A stretch of DNA of 40,268 bases from Patescibacteria group bacterium (GTDB taxonomy: Bacteria > Patescibacteriota > Gracilibacteria > BD1-5 > UBA2023), in assembly GCA_041891375.1 (NCBI GenBank), contig JASDUA010000002.1:1-40268 (forward strand), given 5' to 3'. This document shows, one piece after another, positions 9,058 through 18,266 of the stretch (position 1 is its first letter; every line of letters begins with the position of its first letter). The notes below the pieces were generated by a model. The model saw nothing but the letters and a program-made list of their open reading frames with translations. It had not been told where the DNA came from and searched no databases. The position numbers were made by a program, and so were the translations under genes.

Positions 9058-11907
9058 CTATCACCGCACCGTCCACCTGAGGGCGAAGAGGTCCTCCGAG
9101 GCGGTTTCCTGCCGGAGCTGTTCTTCGACCTGATCGAGGAGCTCGTCCTTGTGGCGTTCGACGTCCTTGGCGGCCGCGTCGTACGCCCGCCAGGCCTCGT
9201 CCCGCTTCTTGTCCACGTCGCGGAGCTTCTTCTGGACGGCGAGCTTCTCCGGGAGGGCCGGTGCCGTGCGGGCCTGCTTCTTGAGTTCGGCAATCTGGTC
9301 GTCGTAGTCCTTGAGTTCGGCCTTGAGGCCGCGGCGCTTGTCTTCCGCCCAGCCGTTGAGCTTCTCCATCTCCTCGTCGAACCAGGCCGCCTGCCGGGCC
9401 GAGAGGTCGGCGAGGATTTCGTTCGTCCTGCGTTCCGCGACTGCGGCCGCGGATCCCGCGCCGGCAGGGAGACCGGTACCGGAGATCGAGCAGGGAAGGT
9501 CGAACAGCCGCCGGACGACGGCTTCCGGGACTTCCTCCCCGTCGTCGGCCGCCGCGGCGAGGATCACGTGATCCTGGGCGTCCGCGCCGGATACCGAGAG
9601 CTTCTTCGCGAGGAGGAATCCCGACCGCCCCACCAGGCGTTCTACGCCCACGGCGGTCTGGGCCCAGTCGGAGTAACGGAATTCCGCTTCCGCCCCGGGA
9701 AGCGCACGTCCCGCCGCGGCCGCGATCACCGCCTGCGCGAGGGGGTGGCCGATCCGGTACCGGTGGGCGGCCCCCGGGTCTTTCGAAAGCGCGTACGCGC
9801 CCGCGTCGATTCCCGTGCCGGGGTAGGGGGCGTCCGGCAGGCGGAAGCGCAAGGACGCGTCGTCGAATTCGGCCTTCCCCGCGAGCTCGTGCCTCGTGAG
9901 CGCCCAGAGCATGGACTCGTACTTGTTCAGGTACTCGCGGCTCTCGTCCAGGTTGACCCTCAGCCGGTCGTGGACTTCGGCGTCGAAGTTCTCGAGGAGC
10001 TTCTTCCGCGTGTCCTCCATCGTCTCGCTGATCTGCGACTCCATCTCCTCGCGGAGCCGGGAGAACTCGGACTCGATTTCGCCCGTGGTCCGGCAGTTCT
10101 GGTAGATCGCGACGATGCGCTTCTCGAACTCCACCCCGGACTCGATCGCGCCGAGCACCTCGTCGCTCGCCCCGAATACGCCCGAGAAGAGCTTGAACTT
10201 CTCGGCGAGGAGTTCGAAGACGCGCTGGTCGGCTTCGTTCTTCTTGTTCAGGAAATTGACCACTACGACGTCGTGCTGCTGCCCGTAGCGGTGGCAGCGG
10301 CCGATCCGCTGCTCGATGCGCTGCGGGTTCCAGGGAAGGTCGTAGTTCACCACCATCGAGCAGAACTGGAGGTTGATGCCTTCGGCCGCCGCCTCGGTGG
10401 CGATCATGACCGTCGCCTCGTTCCGGAAGTGGTCCACCAGCGCCGCGCGAATATCCGCGCTCCTGGATCCGGTGACCTTGTCCGTCCCCTTGTTGGCCTC
10501 GACCCAGTCGGTGTAGATCGCTTTCGACTGGTCGTCCGAATTGGAGCCGTTGAACAGGACGAGCTTGCCGGCGTAGCCGTTGTCGCTCAGGAGGCGCACC
10601 AGGTAGTCCTGCGTCCGGCGGGATTCAGTGAAGACGATGGTCTTCTCGGCGGCCCCGAGGTCCCTGGCCTTGGCGAAACCGGCGCTCAGGGCCTTCAGTA
10701 GCGCCATCCCCTTGGCGTTCTCCGAAATCGAGACCGCCAGGTCGCGGAACTCCTCGAGCGCCGCGATTTCCTCCTCGATTGAGGAAATTTCCTCGCGGGA
10801 CAGGGCTTCCGGCTCCGGGTCGTCGCCCCATTCGTCGGCGTACTCGTCGAACTCCTCGAAGTCGTCGGCGATCGCCTCCTCGTCCCCGGTGGCCGCGGCG
10901 TTGTCGCGGATCTGCTTGCGGAGCTTGTTCGCCAGCGACTCCAGGGCGCCGGCGATCGCGAAGGTCGACGACGCGAGGAGCTTCCGGAGGATCAGCGTCA
11001 TGAGCTGCCGCTGGGAGTTCGGCAGGGCGTGGAGGGATTCCCGGCGGAGGTAGTCCGACACCATGTCGTAGAGCGCGTGCTCGTCGTCGGAGGGGACGAA
11101 CTCCTCGGTGATCGGGATCCGGTTCGTGTACCGGATGTACTCGAGCACCTGGCGCCGCAGGGTGCGGTGGCAGATGGGCTTCAGGCGGACCTTCAGCTCG
11201 TCGAACGTCGAATCGCCGTTCAGCCTGGCGAACTGGGTGCGGAAGCTTTTCGCGTCCCCGAAAGCGTAGTCGTCGATCAGGCTCACGAGGCCGTAGAGCT
11301 CGAGCAGGGAGTTCTGCAGCGGCGTCGCCGTCAAGAGGACCTTCGGCGCGTTCCCGAGCGCCCGCTTGAGGGCGTTCCCGATCTTGTTGTCCGGGCGGTA
11401 GACGTTCCGGAGGCGGTGGGCCTCGTCCATGACCACCAGGTCCCACCGCGTGACCATGAGCTCGTCGGCGTGCTTGGCGGCGAACTGGTAGGAGCAGACG
11501 ACCATCTGCTCCCGCTCGAACGGGCGCCGGACCCCTGATTTCCGGAGCTGGTTGTAGTTCTTCGCCTCGAGGATGACCGTGGGGAGGAAGAACTTCTCCG
11601 CCATCTCCTGGGACCACTGCTTCCGAAGGTTGGCCGGCGTGACGATGAGGATCCGGCGTTTCCCTTCCGCCCACTTCTGGGCGAGCACGAGACCGGCTTC
11701 GATCGTCTTCCCGAGGCCGACCTCGTCCGCGAGGATCGCGCCCTTGGAGAGCGGGGACTTGAACGCGAAAAGCGCGGCCTCGAGCTGGTGCGGGTTGAGG
11801 TCGACTTGGGCGTCGAGAAGGGCGCCGGCGAGCTTCTCGGAATCCGCCGCCGAATGCCGGCGGCTCAGTTCATGGGCGAAGTACTTGGCGTGGTAGTCGG
11901 TGATCAT
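9058..11907 (-). CDS. SNF2-family helicase with long coiled-coil C-terminal extension, first gene of the RM operon
   Basis: Motifs: ILADEVGLGKTIEAG (motif I), VVMDEAHRLRN (motif II), LLLTATPLQNSLLELY (motif III), QRIGRCHRYGQ (motif VI). The gene ends ...RWTVR-TGA-TAG (9061-9063, 9058-9060). No internal TGA in about 948 codons. Confidence 0.85.
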
Positions 11908-11930
11908 CCGGTGTCGATTTCTTATTCTTT

Positions 11931-11964
11931 ATCCGTACGGTAACCGTACTTTGGCCGTACGTTT
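11931..11964. promoter_or_regulatory. Cluster of CCGTAC / CGTACGTTT motifs in the AT-richer divergent spacer between the SNF2 gene and the SRAP gene
   Basis: Sequence atCCGTACGGtaaCCGTACtttggCCGTACGTTT. The CGTACGTTT / TACGTT word recurs in four other intergenic spacers (14655, 28438/28449, 31078/31089, 32517). Confidence 0.3.
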
Positions 11965-12115
11965 CCGATATGGTAATCGAACCTTGCCACATCCGCTAAT
12001 CGGTTTTCCAAGGGCATATAACCCTTAACATAAGTTCGATTATGTTATGCGTCGGAAGCCTTGGGACGCCCCCTCCCCCCGAGCCCGTCCGACGGCGCAG
12101 TCGTAGAATCGCGCC

Positions 12116-12760
12116 ATGTGCTCCCATTACGACCCGCTAACAGATCCGGTCAGGTTCAGGGCCCACTTCGGGGTTTCCGACGTCCCGCCGGGACTGAAGG
12201 CCAGCCTTTGGCCCGGCTATCAGGGCCCGTACGTCCGCCGCCACGAGTTCGCCGACGTCGGGGACGAGGCCGTCCCGGAGCGCGAGCTCATCGTCGGGTC
12301 TTTCGGACTGATTCCACACTGGGCGAAGGACGCGACGATCGCCCGGCGCACCTACAACGCCAGGAGCGAGACCGTCCACGAGAAGCCGAGCTTCCGGGAC
12401 GCCTGGAAGGCCGGCCGTTTCTGCCTGATCCCGGCGGAGGCGATATACGAGCCCGACTGGCGTTCGGGAAAGGCCGTGGCCACCAGGATCTCGAGGGCCG
12501 ACGGCAGGCCGATGGGGATCGCCGGAATCTGGTCGGTCTGGAAGTCCCCCGAGGGCGCGCGGACGTTCAGCTACTCGATGCTGACTGTGAACGCCGACGT
12601 CCACCCGTTCATGAACCGGTACCACAAGCCGGACGACGAGAAGCGGATGGTCGCGATCCTCGACGAGGCGGAATACGGCGCCTGGCTGTCCTGCCGGCCG
12701 TCCGACGCCCGGGATTTCCTTCGACAGTTCCCCGCCGACCGCCTGACGTCCGCGGCCTGA
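12116..12760 (+). CDS. yedK: SRAP (SOS-response-associated peptidase, YedK-like abasic-site sensor)
   Basis: N-terminal MCSHYDP (catalytic Cys2), 214 aa, typical SRAP length. First stop is TGA at 12758. If TGA=Gly, the ORF runs 23 more codons to TAA at 12830. Confidence 0.75.
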   Translation: MCSHYDPLTDPVRFRAHFGVSDVPPGLKASLWPGYQGPYVRRHEFADVGDEAVPERELIVGSFGLIPHWAKDATIARRTYNARSETVHEKPSFRDAWKAGRFCLIPAEAIYEPDWRSGKAVATRISRADGRPMGIAGIWSVWKSPEGARTFSYSMLTVNADVHPFMNRYHKPDDEKRMVAILDEAEYGAWLSCRPSDARDFLRQFPADRLTSAA

Positions 12761-12858
12761 GCCTCCTCCCCGCCGGAATTCCAACTCCGGCTTGACTTTC
12801 CTCCTTTTCCGCTTGTTATGCCATTGGCGTAACCGCGCCGAAAAAAGGAGAGAAATCA

Positions 12859-13724
12859 TGGACGCCAAGACGGACGTCTTCGGGAAGATCACCGAACGAA
12901 TCGTCTCCATCCTCGAGGCCGGTAAGGCCTCTGGCTCAATCACCTGGAGTGGCCAAGGGGAGGCCGGCCGCATTCCCTATAACCTCAGCACCGGCAAGCA
13001 ATACCGCGGCGCGAACGTCCTGTCGCTCTGGGGCTCGGCCCTCGAGGCCGGGTATACGTCGTGCGCCTGGCTAACCTTCAAGCAGGCCCTCGACATGGGC
13101 GGCCACGTCCGCAAGGGCGAGAAAGGTACCCTAGGAATCTACTTCGATTCCTACGAGCGCGACGAACCCGGAGACGGGGGCGGCGAGCCCGGAAAGCGGC
13201 GGATAGCCTTCGCGAAGGCCTTCACCGTGTTCAACCTCGACCAGGTCGACGGGATTGCCGGCCCGGAAGCCCGGGAACCGTGGGATCCCGTCGCCAGGGC
13301 TGAGGCGGTCATCGCGGCGAGCGGGGCGAACGTCATCGAGGGCGGCACCCGGGCCTGCTACAGCAGTGCCCAGGACGTCATACGGGTGCCGGACCGTTTC
13401 CGCTTCCAGTGCGCGGAGAACTTCTACGTCGTGTCCCTGCACGAGCTCACGCACTGGACCGGCCACGCGTCGCGCCTCGCGCGCAGCCTCGGAAATCGCT
13501 TCGGAAGCGAGGCTTACGCAATGGAAGAACTCGTGGCCGAACTCGGTTCCGCCTTCCTCTGCGCCGAAACGGGAGTGTCGGGGAAGCTCGAGCACCACGC
13601 GAGCTACGTCGACTCGTGGCTGGCCGTCCTCAGGAAGGACAAGCGAGCGATCGTCACTGCGGCGGCAGCGGCCGAAAAGGCCGCCCGCTTCCTGCTCGAG
13701 CACCAACGGGCCGACGCGGCCTGA
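12859..13724 (+). CDS. ardC: ArdC-like antirestriction protein (N-terminal ssDNA-binding domain + HExxH metalloprotease)
   Basis: Motifs: YRGANVLSLW, HELTHWTGH. Strong SD AAGGAGAG 5 nt before the ATG at 12859. Stops at TGA 13722-13724, immediately before the radC SD. Confidence 0.8.
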
Positions 13725-13740
13725 AACGGGGAGAAAGGCG

Positions 13741-14220
13741 ATGGATACGAAACGGACCGCGACCCCCCGCCGCGACGCCTCGGAAGACGAGGTCCTCGAA
13801 ATGGCGGCCCGGATCCTCGAACAGAGGATGGGCGGCTACAGGGGAGACCCGTTGGACAGCCCAGCCAAGGCTGGCGAGATCGCCTGCCTGCGGCTCGGAA
13901 GCCTCGAGCACGAGGTCTTCGCGACCTTCTGGCTCGACGCGACGCACCGGCTCTTGGAGTACGAGGAGCTCTTCCGCGGCACCCTCACGCAGACCAGCGT
14001 TTATCCCCGCGAAGTCGTCAAATCGGCCATCCGCGTCAACGCGGCGGCCGCGATCTTCGCGCACAACCATCCTTCGGGCTCGCTCGAGCCCAGCACTGCC
14101 GACGAACTGCTGACGCGGCACCTCAAGCAGGCGCTCGCCCTCGTCGACGTCCGCGTCGTCGACCACCTGGTCGTGTCCGGCAACCGGACGCGCAGCATGG
14201 CGGAAATCGGCATGATCTGA
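13741..14220 (+). CDS. radC: RadC-like JAB/MPN domain protein
   Basis: Motif AIFAHNHPSGSLEPSTADELLTRHL (HxHPSG..PSxxD JAB motif). SD GGGGAGAAAGG before the ATG. TGA stop at 14218, followed by a terminator. Confidence 0.85.
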   Translation: MDTKRTATPRRDASEDEVLEMAARILEQRMGGYRGDPLDSPAKAGEIACLRLGSLEHEVFATFWLDATHRLLEYEELFRGTLTQTSVYPREVVKSAIRVNAAAAIFAHNHPSGSLEPSTADELLTRHLKQALALVDVRVVDHLVVSGNRTRSMAEIGMI

Positions 14221-14272
14221 CCCTTGGGGGTGCGACGCCCCCATGTCCCACCGCGGGCGCGATGCCCGCATG

Positions 14273-14298
14273 ACCCGACCGCAACGGTCGGGTTTTTC
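14273..14298 (+). terminator. Rho-independent terminator after radC
   Basis: Stem ACCCGACC, loop gcaac, stem GGTCGGGT, followed by TTTTT. Confidence 0.6.
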
Positions 14299-14372
14299 AA
14301 TGGCCTGACGCGCTCCGCTTGTCGGCCGACCGTACCCCGCCCGGCGCCACGCGCGCGTTCCGGCCGGCTCCC

Positions 14373-14651
14373 CTACCCTTTCCGAGCCTTCCGTTCCTTT
14401 TCGAGCGCCTCGGCGACGGCCTCCTTTACGATTTCGCGCAGTCACGCCGCGTCGAACGCCGTCGCGAGCTCGATGCCGCGTTCGCGCGCTTCCCTTGCCC
14501 GCGTGGCGGCGAAAGCGCGGTCGAGATCCTCCTTCCTACGGTCGCTGTCGTGCTCCGGCGCGTGCATGGCGGTCTGGGTTACGTTCCCGGGCGAACGCCC
14601 GTCGATCGGTTTGACGTTAACCGTTATCGGTACGAAAGCAAGCCGATTCAC
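14373..14651 (-). CDS. Small helical protein with one in-frame TGA (14442-14444); the start may instead be the ATG at 14567
   Basis: Sequence ...MHAPEHDSDRRKEDLDRAFAATRAREARERGIELATAFDAA-[TGA]-LREIVKEAVAEALEKERKARKG, then TAG at 14373. The sequence after the TGA still looks like protein (helical, high GC3). Confidence 0.4.
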
Positions 14652-14848
14652 GTATACGTTCGGTACGTATAAAACGGATAGCCGTTACTCCAAGTATCCG
14701 CGGTTGGCCGTTTCTGGGCCGGCGTAAGGCGGCGGGTTTTCCGCGGCCGGATCCCGTCGTGCAAGGTAGTGCGCTCCGCGCCTCCACCTGGCCGAGCTTC
14801 CCGGTTTCCGCGTTTCGGGACCGCGCTTACGGCCTAACCCCAACGACC

Positions 14849-15211
14849 ATGCAGCAAGCGACCTATTCCGTACGCTGAGTACGCCACCTCTCGGACCGGA
14901 TCTCCGACGGGGTCGAATCCTATCCCCTGCGAACGTTTCCCGACGGTTTCGTCCCGGAATCCTACGGCGTGTACGCCACCGATCCCGCCGACGGGACGGA
15001 ACGGTGGGTGGCGGATTTCGCCGACAAGTTCCGCGCCGAACGGTACGCGGAACTGTTCCGGCGTCCGGCGCTCGAGACGTCCTGCCGCAACTTCTACCTT
15101 TGCCGCGGATGTGGCTACGAATGGAGCGAAGTCGACTGACCCTACCACGACGACTGCTGGGTCTGCGAGGAACGCGACATGGAGCCGGTTCGGACCGAAA
15201 CGGTCTTTTAG
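14849..15211 (+). CDS. Zinc-ribbon protein (120 aa) with two in-frame TGA (14876, 15137)
   Basis: Sequence MQQATYSVR-[TGA]-VRHLSDRISDGVESYPL...CRNFYLCRGCGYEWSEVD-[TGA]-PYHDDCWVCEERDMEPVRTETVF, TAG at 15209. CxxC..CxxC motif. A hairpin follows. Confidence 0.55.
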
Positions 15212-15222
15212 AGGCCGTTCGA

Positions 15223-15251
15223 AAGCCCCCTTCCGTCTGGAAAGGGGGCTT
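15223..15251. terminator. Bidirectional hairpin between convergent genes
   Basis: AAGCCCCCTT, 9-nt loop, AAGGGGGCTT (10-bp perfect stem). Confidence 0.5.
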
Positions 15252-15313
15252 AGGCGGTTCCGAGGAAACGTTCGGCTCGCCGCGGACCGGCCTCGGGCAT
15301 GGGTACTGCGCGG

Positions 15314-16843
15314 CTATTCGGCCGATATCGAACGCACGTACTCGGCTATCGTCTCGAACGCCCACGCGTCGGCGCGCTTCCCCTTCGCTTTCGCGCGGAG
15401 TTGCATGGTCCCGAGCTTCCCGACGACGGCGTCCGCCTGTTCGTCGGCTTTTGCTTTTCCGACGGCGATGACGCGGGAGTCGTACCAAGCCTTGGCTTTG
15501 GCCTTCACGTTCTCGACGGAAGCTCGGGCCGACGCGCTCGGAACGTACGATCAGCTGCTGCCCGCGCCGGTAGAGCAGGCGAGAAGAACGTAGCCCCGGT
15601 CGCTTATGCCGGCGAACCGGAACTCGTTCCCGACGAAGCCCTTGTCCACGACCTTCCCGTACTTTCCAAGCTCCTTGCCGTCCAAGACCGGAACCATGTT
15701 CCCGTCCGCGTCCTTCGCGACGAACTTCAGGTGCTTCGAGTCGCCGGAGAATCCGATCGAACCGTATTCGGCACCCGGATACCGGACTGACCGCCGCCCG
15801 CCATTCACGAAATAGTAGCCGGCGACGTCCCCCGAAAGATCGTTCAGGAGGTACGCGAGACTGCTTCCGTCCGGCGAGTAGGCGAGGTCGGCGACCATCG
15901 AGCCGGGGTGGGTTCCCACCTGGACGCCGTCGTTAACGACCGACTGCGAGCCGATATTCGCGTCCGACAAATCCCCTTCCAAGTGCCACTTCACGTACGC
16001 GATCTTGTCCCCGCGGGGCGAAATCGCCGGAAGGGTTCATTTTCCGACGATCTCGTCGTTCCGCACGATGAGTCAGCCCGGGGCGTCCACTTCGTACACC
16101 GCGTCCTTTCCGTTGGCCGACAGCCGCAACTTCACGATCGGGTAGTCGAAGCTCCTGAGCTTCCTCCCGTTCGATACGACGAAACTCCTGCCCCGTTCTT
16201 CCGCTACGTACGCGTACGTTTCGGAGCCCGGAAAGAAGCCCACGAGCCTTATGGATCCGTAGCCTGGAGACGCCTCCTTTCCATTGAATACCACGTAAGA
16301 CTTGCCGTTCCTCTCGGCCGTCATGAGGAACGATTCCTCGGAGTCCGAGAAGACCGCGGTTCACGGGTGGGAATAGTCGTACCCAGGGCTCGTAGCGCCG
16401 CCGAAGTGGACGCGGTACATCAGTTTTTCGTCCTGGTCGATCCTCGCGGCGGTCCTGCCGCTCTTGGAAACGATGCCCTCCTTCCGCTCGATGGCCACGC
16501 CGTCCCTGTAGAACGACTTGCGGTCGGAATGGATGAATCAGGTTCCGCCCGCTTCGTAGAAGAGCGATCCGCCGTTATGGTTGAGCCACGTCCCGTCGGT
16601 CGCCGCGATCTCCTTCCCGTCCTTGACGAGGCGCTCCAAGCCGCCGGGTTCGTTGGTCATGTACGTGTAGGCGAAGCTCGACGCGTCGTCGGAAACGTAG
16701 AAGTGGCGGTTGTATCAGTTCGTCGGGAACGTTCAGGCGGAGACCGTTCTGCACGGACCCGCGTCCGGCACTGCGGTTTCCGCCGATGCGGTAGCGAACC
16801 CGGCGGCTGCGGCCATGAGCATGGAAAGGGCGGTTTTTTTCAT
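15314..16843 (-). CDS. Secreted PD40/TolB-like beta-propeller repeat protein (509 aa) with seven in-frame TGA
   Basis: Signal peptide MKKTALSMLMAAAAGFATASA. Repeats of the type ISPRGDKIAYV, YSPDGSSLAYL, FSGDSKHLKFVA, LSANGKDAVYEV. Track pieces 16073-16324, 15551-15994 and 15314-15508 share one frame. In-frame TGA at 16733, 16715, 16538, 16361, 16073, 16037 and 15551. TAG stop at 15314. Confidence 0.7.
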
Positions 16844-16874
16844 AGGTTTTCGAGAGGTAACGGGATCGGAGGTG

Positions 16875-17123
16875 CTACTGCCCGTCGTTCACCAAGAGCG
16901 GCTTGATCTTCGGAAGAACGACGACGCCCTTCAAGAACGCGACCGCTTCCTCCCCGTCGAACGGGCCGTACGACTCGTTGTCCGGATTGCTCGGATCCTC
17001 CCAGTACCTCGGTTTCGGCACGGCGGAACGGCGCACGGAAAGTCGGACGTCGGCGAAGTCGACGGCCTTTCAGATGCGTTTGGCCCGGTCCTCGGGCACG
17101 TTCCTGATGACGACCGTGGCCAT
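16875..17123 (-). CDS. Small protein (82 aa) with one in-frame TGA (17070-17072), directly upstream of the beta-propeller gene
   Basis: Sequence MATVVIRNVPEDRAKRI-[TGA]-KAVDFADVRLSVRRSAVPKPRYWEDPSNPDNESYGPFDGEEAVAFLKGVVVLPKIKPLLVNDGQ, TAG stop. The N-terminus resembles RHH/antitoxin-like 'IRNVPE' proteins (from memory). Confidence 0.45.
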
Positions 17124-17152
17124 GTTCGGAATGTAACGGGTATTCGTCCCCA

Positions 17153-17539
17153 CTATATGCAAAGCGGGCAACCCCGCAACCCCGTGCTACGACCGCCCGG
17201 ACTTCAGCCTCCGCGCCCCTTCCCGTCCTGCCGCTCTTTCGCTTTCGCGTCCTTCTGGGCCGCCTCGAGCCCGCTTATCCTTTCCGGCGTGGACGGCCGG
17301 TAGCGGGGCTTCCAGTCCTTCCGGTATTCCTCGGCCTTCACCTGGTTGCGCTTCCGGTTCCCGTCGTCGTACCCCTTGCCGTACGCGCGAAGGAAAGTCT
17401 CGGTGTAGCTCTTCGGGCGGATCGCGTGCGCGAAGGTCTCGCGCACCGAGTCCACGGCCTTCTTCGGCCTCCCCGCGAGTCCGTCGCCGAAGCCCTTGTC
17501 GTACCCTTCCTTCGAGCCGTTGAACACTCCGCGGCGCAT
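17153..17539 (-). CDS. Hypothetical basic protein; first stop is TGA at 17204, and TAG at 17153 applies if TGA is Gly
   Basis: Sequence MRRGVFNGSKEGYDKGFGDGLAGRPKKAVDSVRETFAHAIRPKSYTETFLRAYGKGYDDGNRKRNQVKAEEYRKDWKPRYRPSTPERISGLEAAQKDAKAKERQDGKGRGG. High GC3. Alternative ATG at 17587. The true 3' end is ambiguous. Confidence 0.5.
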
Positions 17540-17782
17540 GCGTTCCCCCCAAGGCCGGCACCGGTCGTCGGGTCCTGGCACGCCCATTCTACGGAACCGC
17601 CCATCCGTCGGTTCTCCGGACAGCGGGATTGCGGCATGCCATCCGGGGGCAAGCGTCGAAAGACGCCGGAACGTATCCGCCCGCCGCCGTGGCAAGGAAT
17701 GCTCCCGGGGGGATTCCTCCTTGCCACCGCTGGCCGGTGGCGGACGTTTCGGAAGGCGCTTTACCGCTTACCCTTTCCCGAT

Positions 17783-18247
17783 ATGGCAACCGCCAAAATA
17801 ATCCGGAACCTCGAATCCGAAGATTTCCGGATCGACTCCAGCAAATGGAGAACCCTGCCGAACGCCTTGGCCGACTGACGCCCCGTCAAGATCAACCCCT
17901 TCGGCGACGTATTCGAAGTCACGCTCCCCGACGGAACCCCGGTACAACTCTTCACTCATGCGGCGGCGCTGCGGGAGGTTGCGGCCGCGAACAAGCGTTT
18001 GCCGACCTTGTCGGTTTTCCGTTCCCTCATGAAGGTCACGAACTCGTCGGTCAACCGGCTCAACCTTTCCGGATGCCTCGTCGGCGAAAGCTTCGAAGAA
18101 GTCGGAAGCACCGCCTATTACTGGGCGCACCGGACGAGCACCACTTCGGCACCCGGATTCCGCATCCACCTCGGTACGGGCATCTGATTCGAAGTCTTCG
18201 ACTACGACCGTTCGTTCTGCTTCGCCGTCCGCTGCGTGGAAACGTAG
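17783..18247 (+). CDS. DUF1566/Fib_succ-like (C-type-lectin-fold) small protein, 154 aa, two in-frame TGA (17876, 18185)
   Basis: Sequence MATAKIIRNLESEDFRIDSSKWRTLPNALAD-[TGA]-RPVKINPFGDVFEVTLPDGTPVQLFTHAAALREVAAANKRLPTLSVFRSL...STAYYWAHRTS...HLGTGI-[TGA]-FEVFDYDRSFCFAVRCVET, TAG stop. Very high GC3 in this frame. Paralogue of 26126-26620. The antisense ORF 17768-18169 is a shadow. Confidence 0.6.
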
Positions 18248-18266
18248 CGGACGTTGGCAGAACTCC

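Noticed and set aside
9020-9076. A GTG start at 9076 for mod (track ORF 7112-9076).
   Set aside because: The extra 19 codons are AT-rich with low GC3 and overlap the end of the SNF2 gene. The ATG at 9019 (MTTENS...) is the more natural start.
14834-15148. A 104-aa minus ORF.
   Set aside because: It is antisense to the zinc-ribbon gene at 14849-15211, which has a CxxC..CxxC motif, a TAG stop and a terminator hairpin.
17768-18169. A 133-aa minus ORF.
   Set aside because: The opposite (+) frame has much higher third-position GC, DUF1566-like motifs and a paralogue at 26126-26620. The minus ORF is its shadow.
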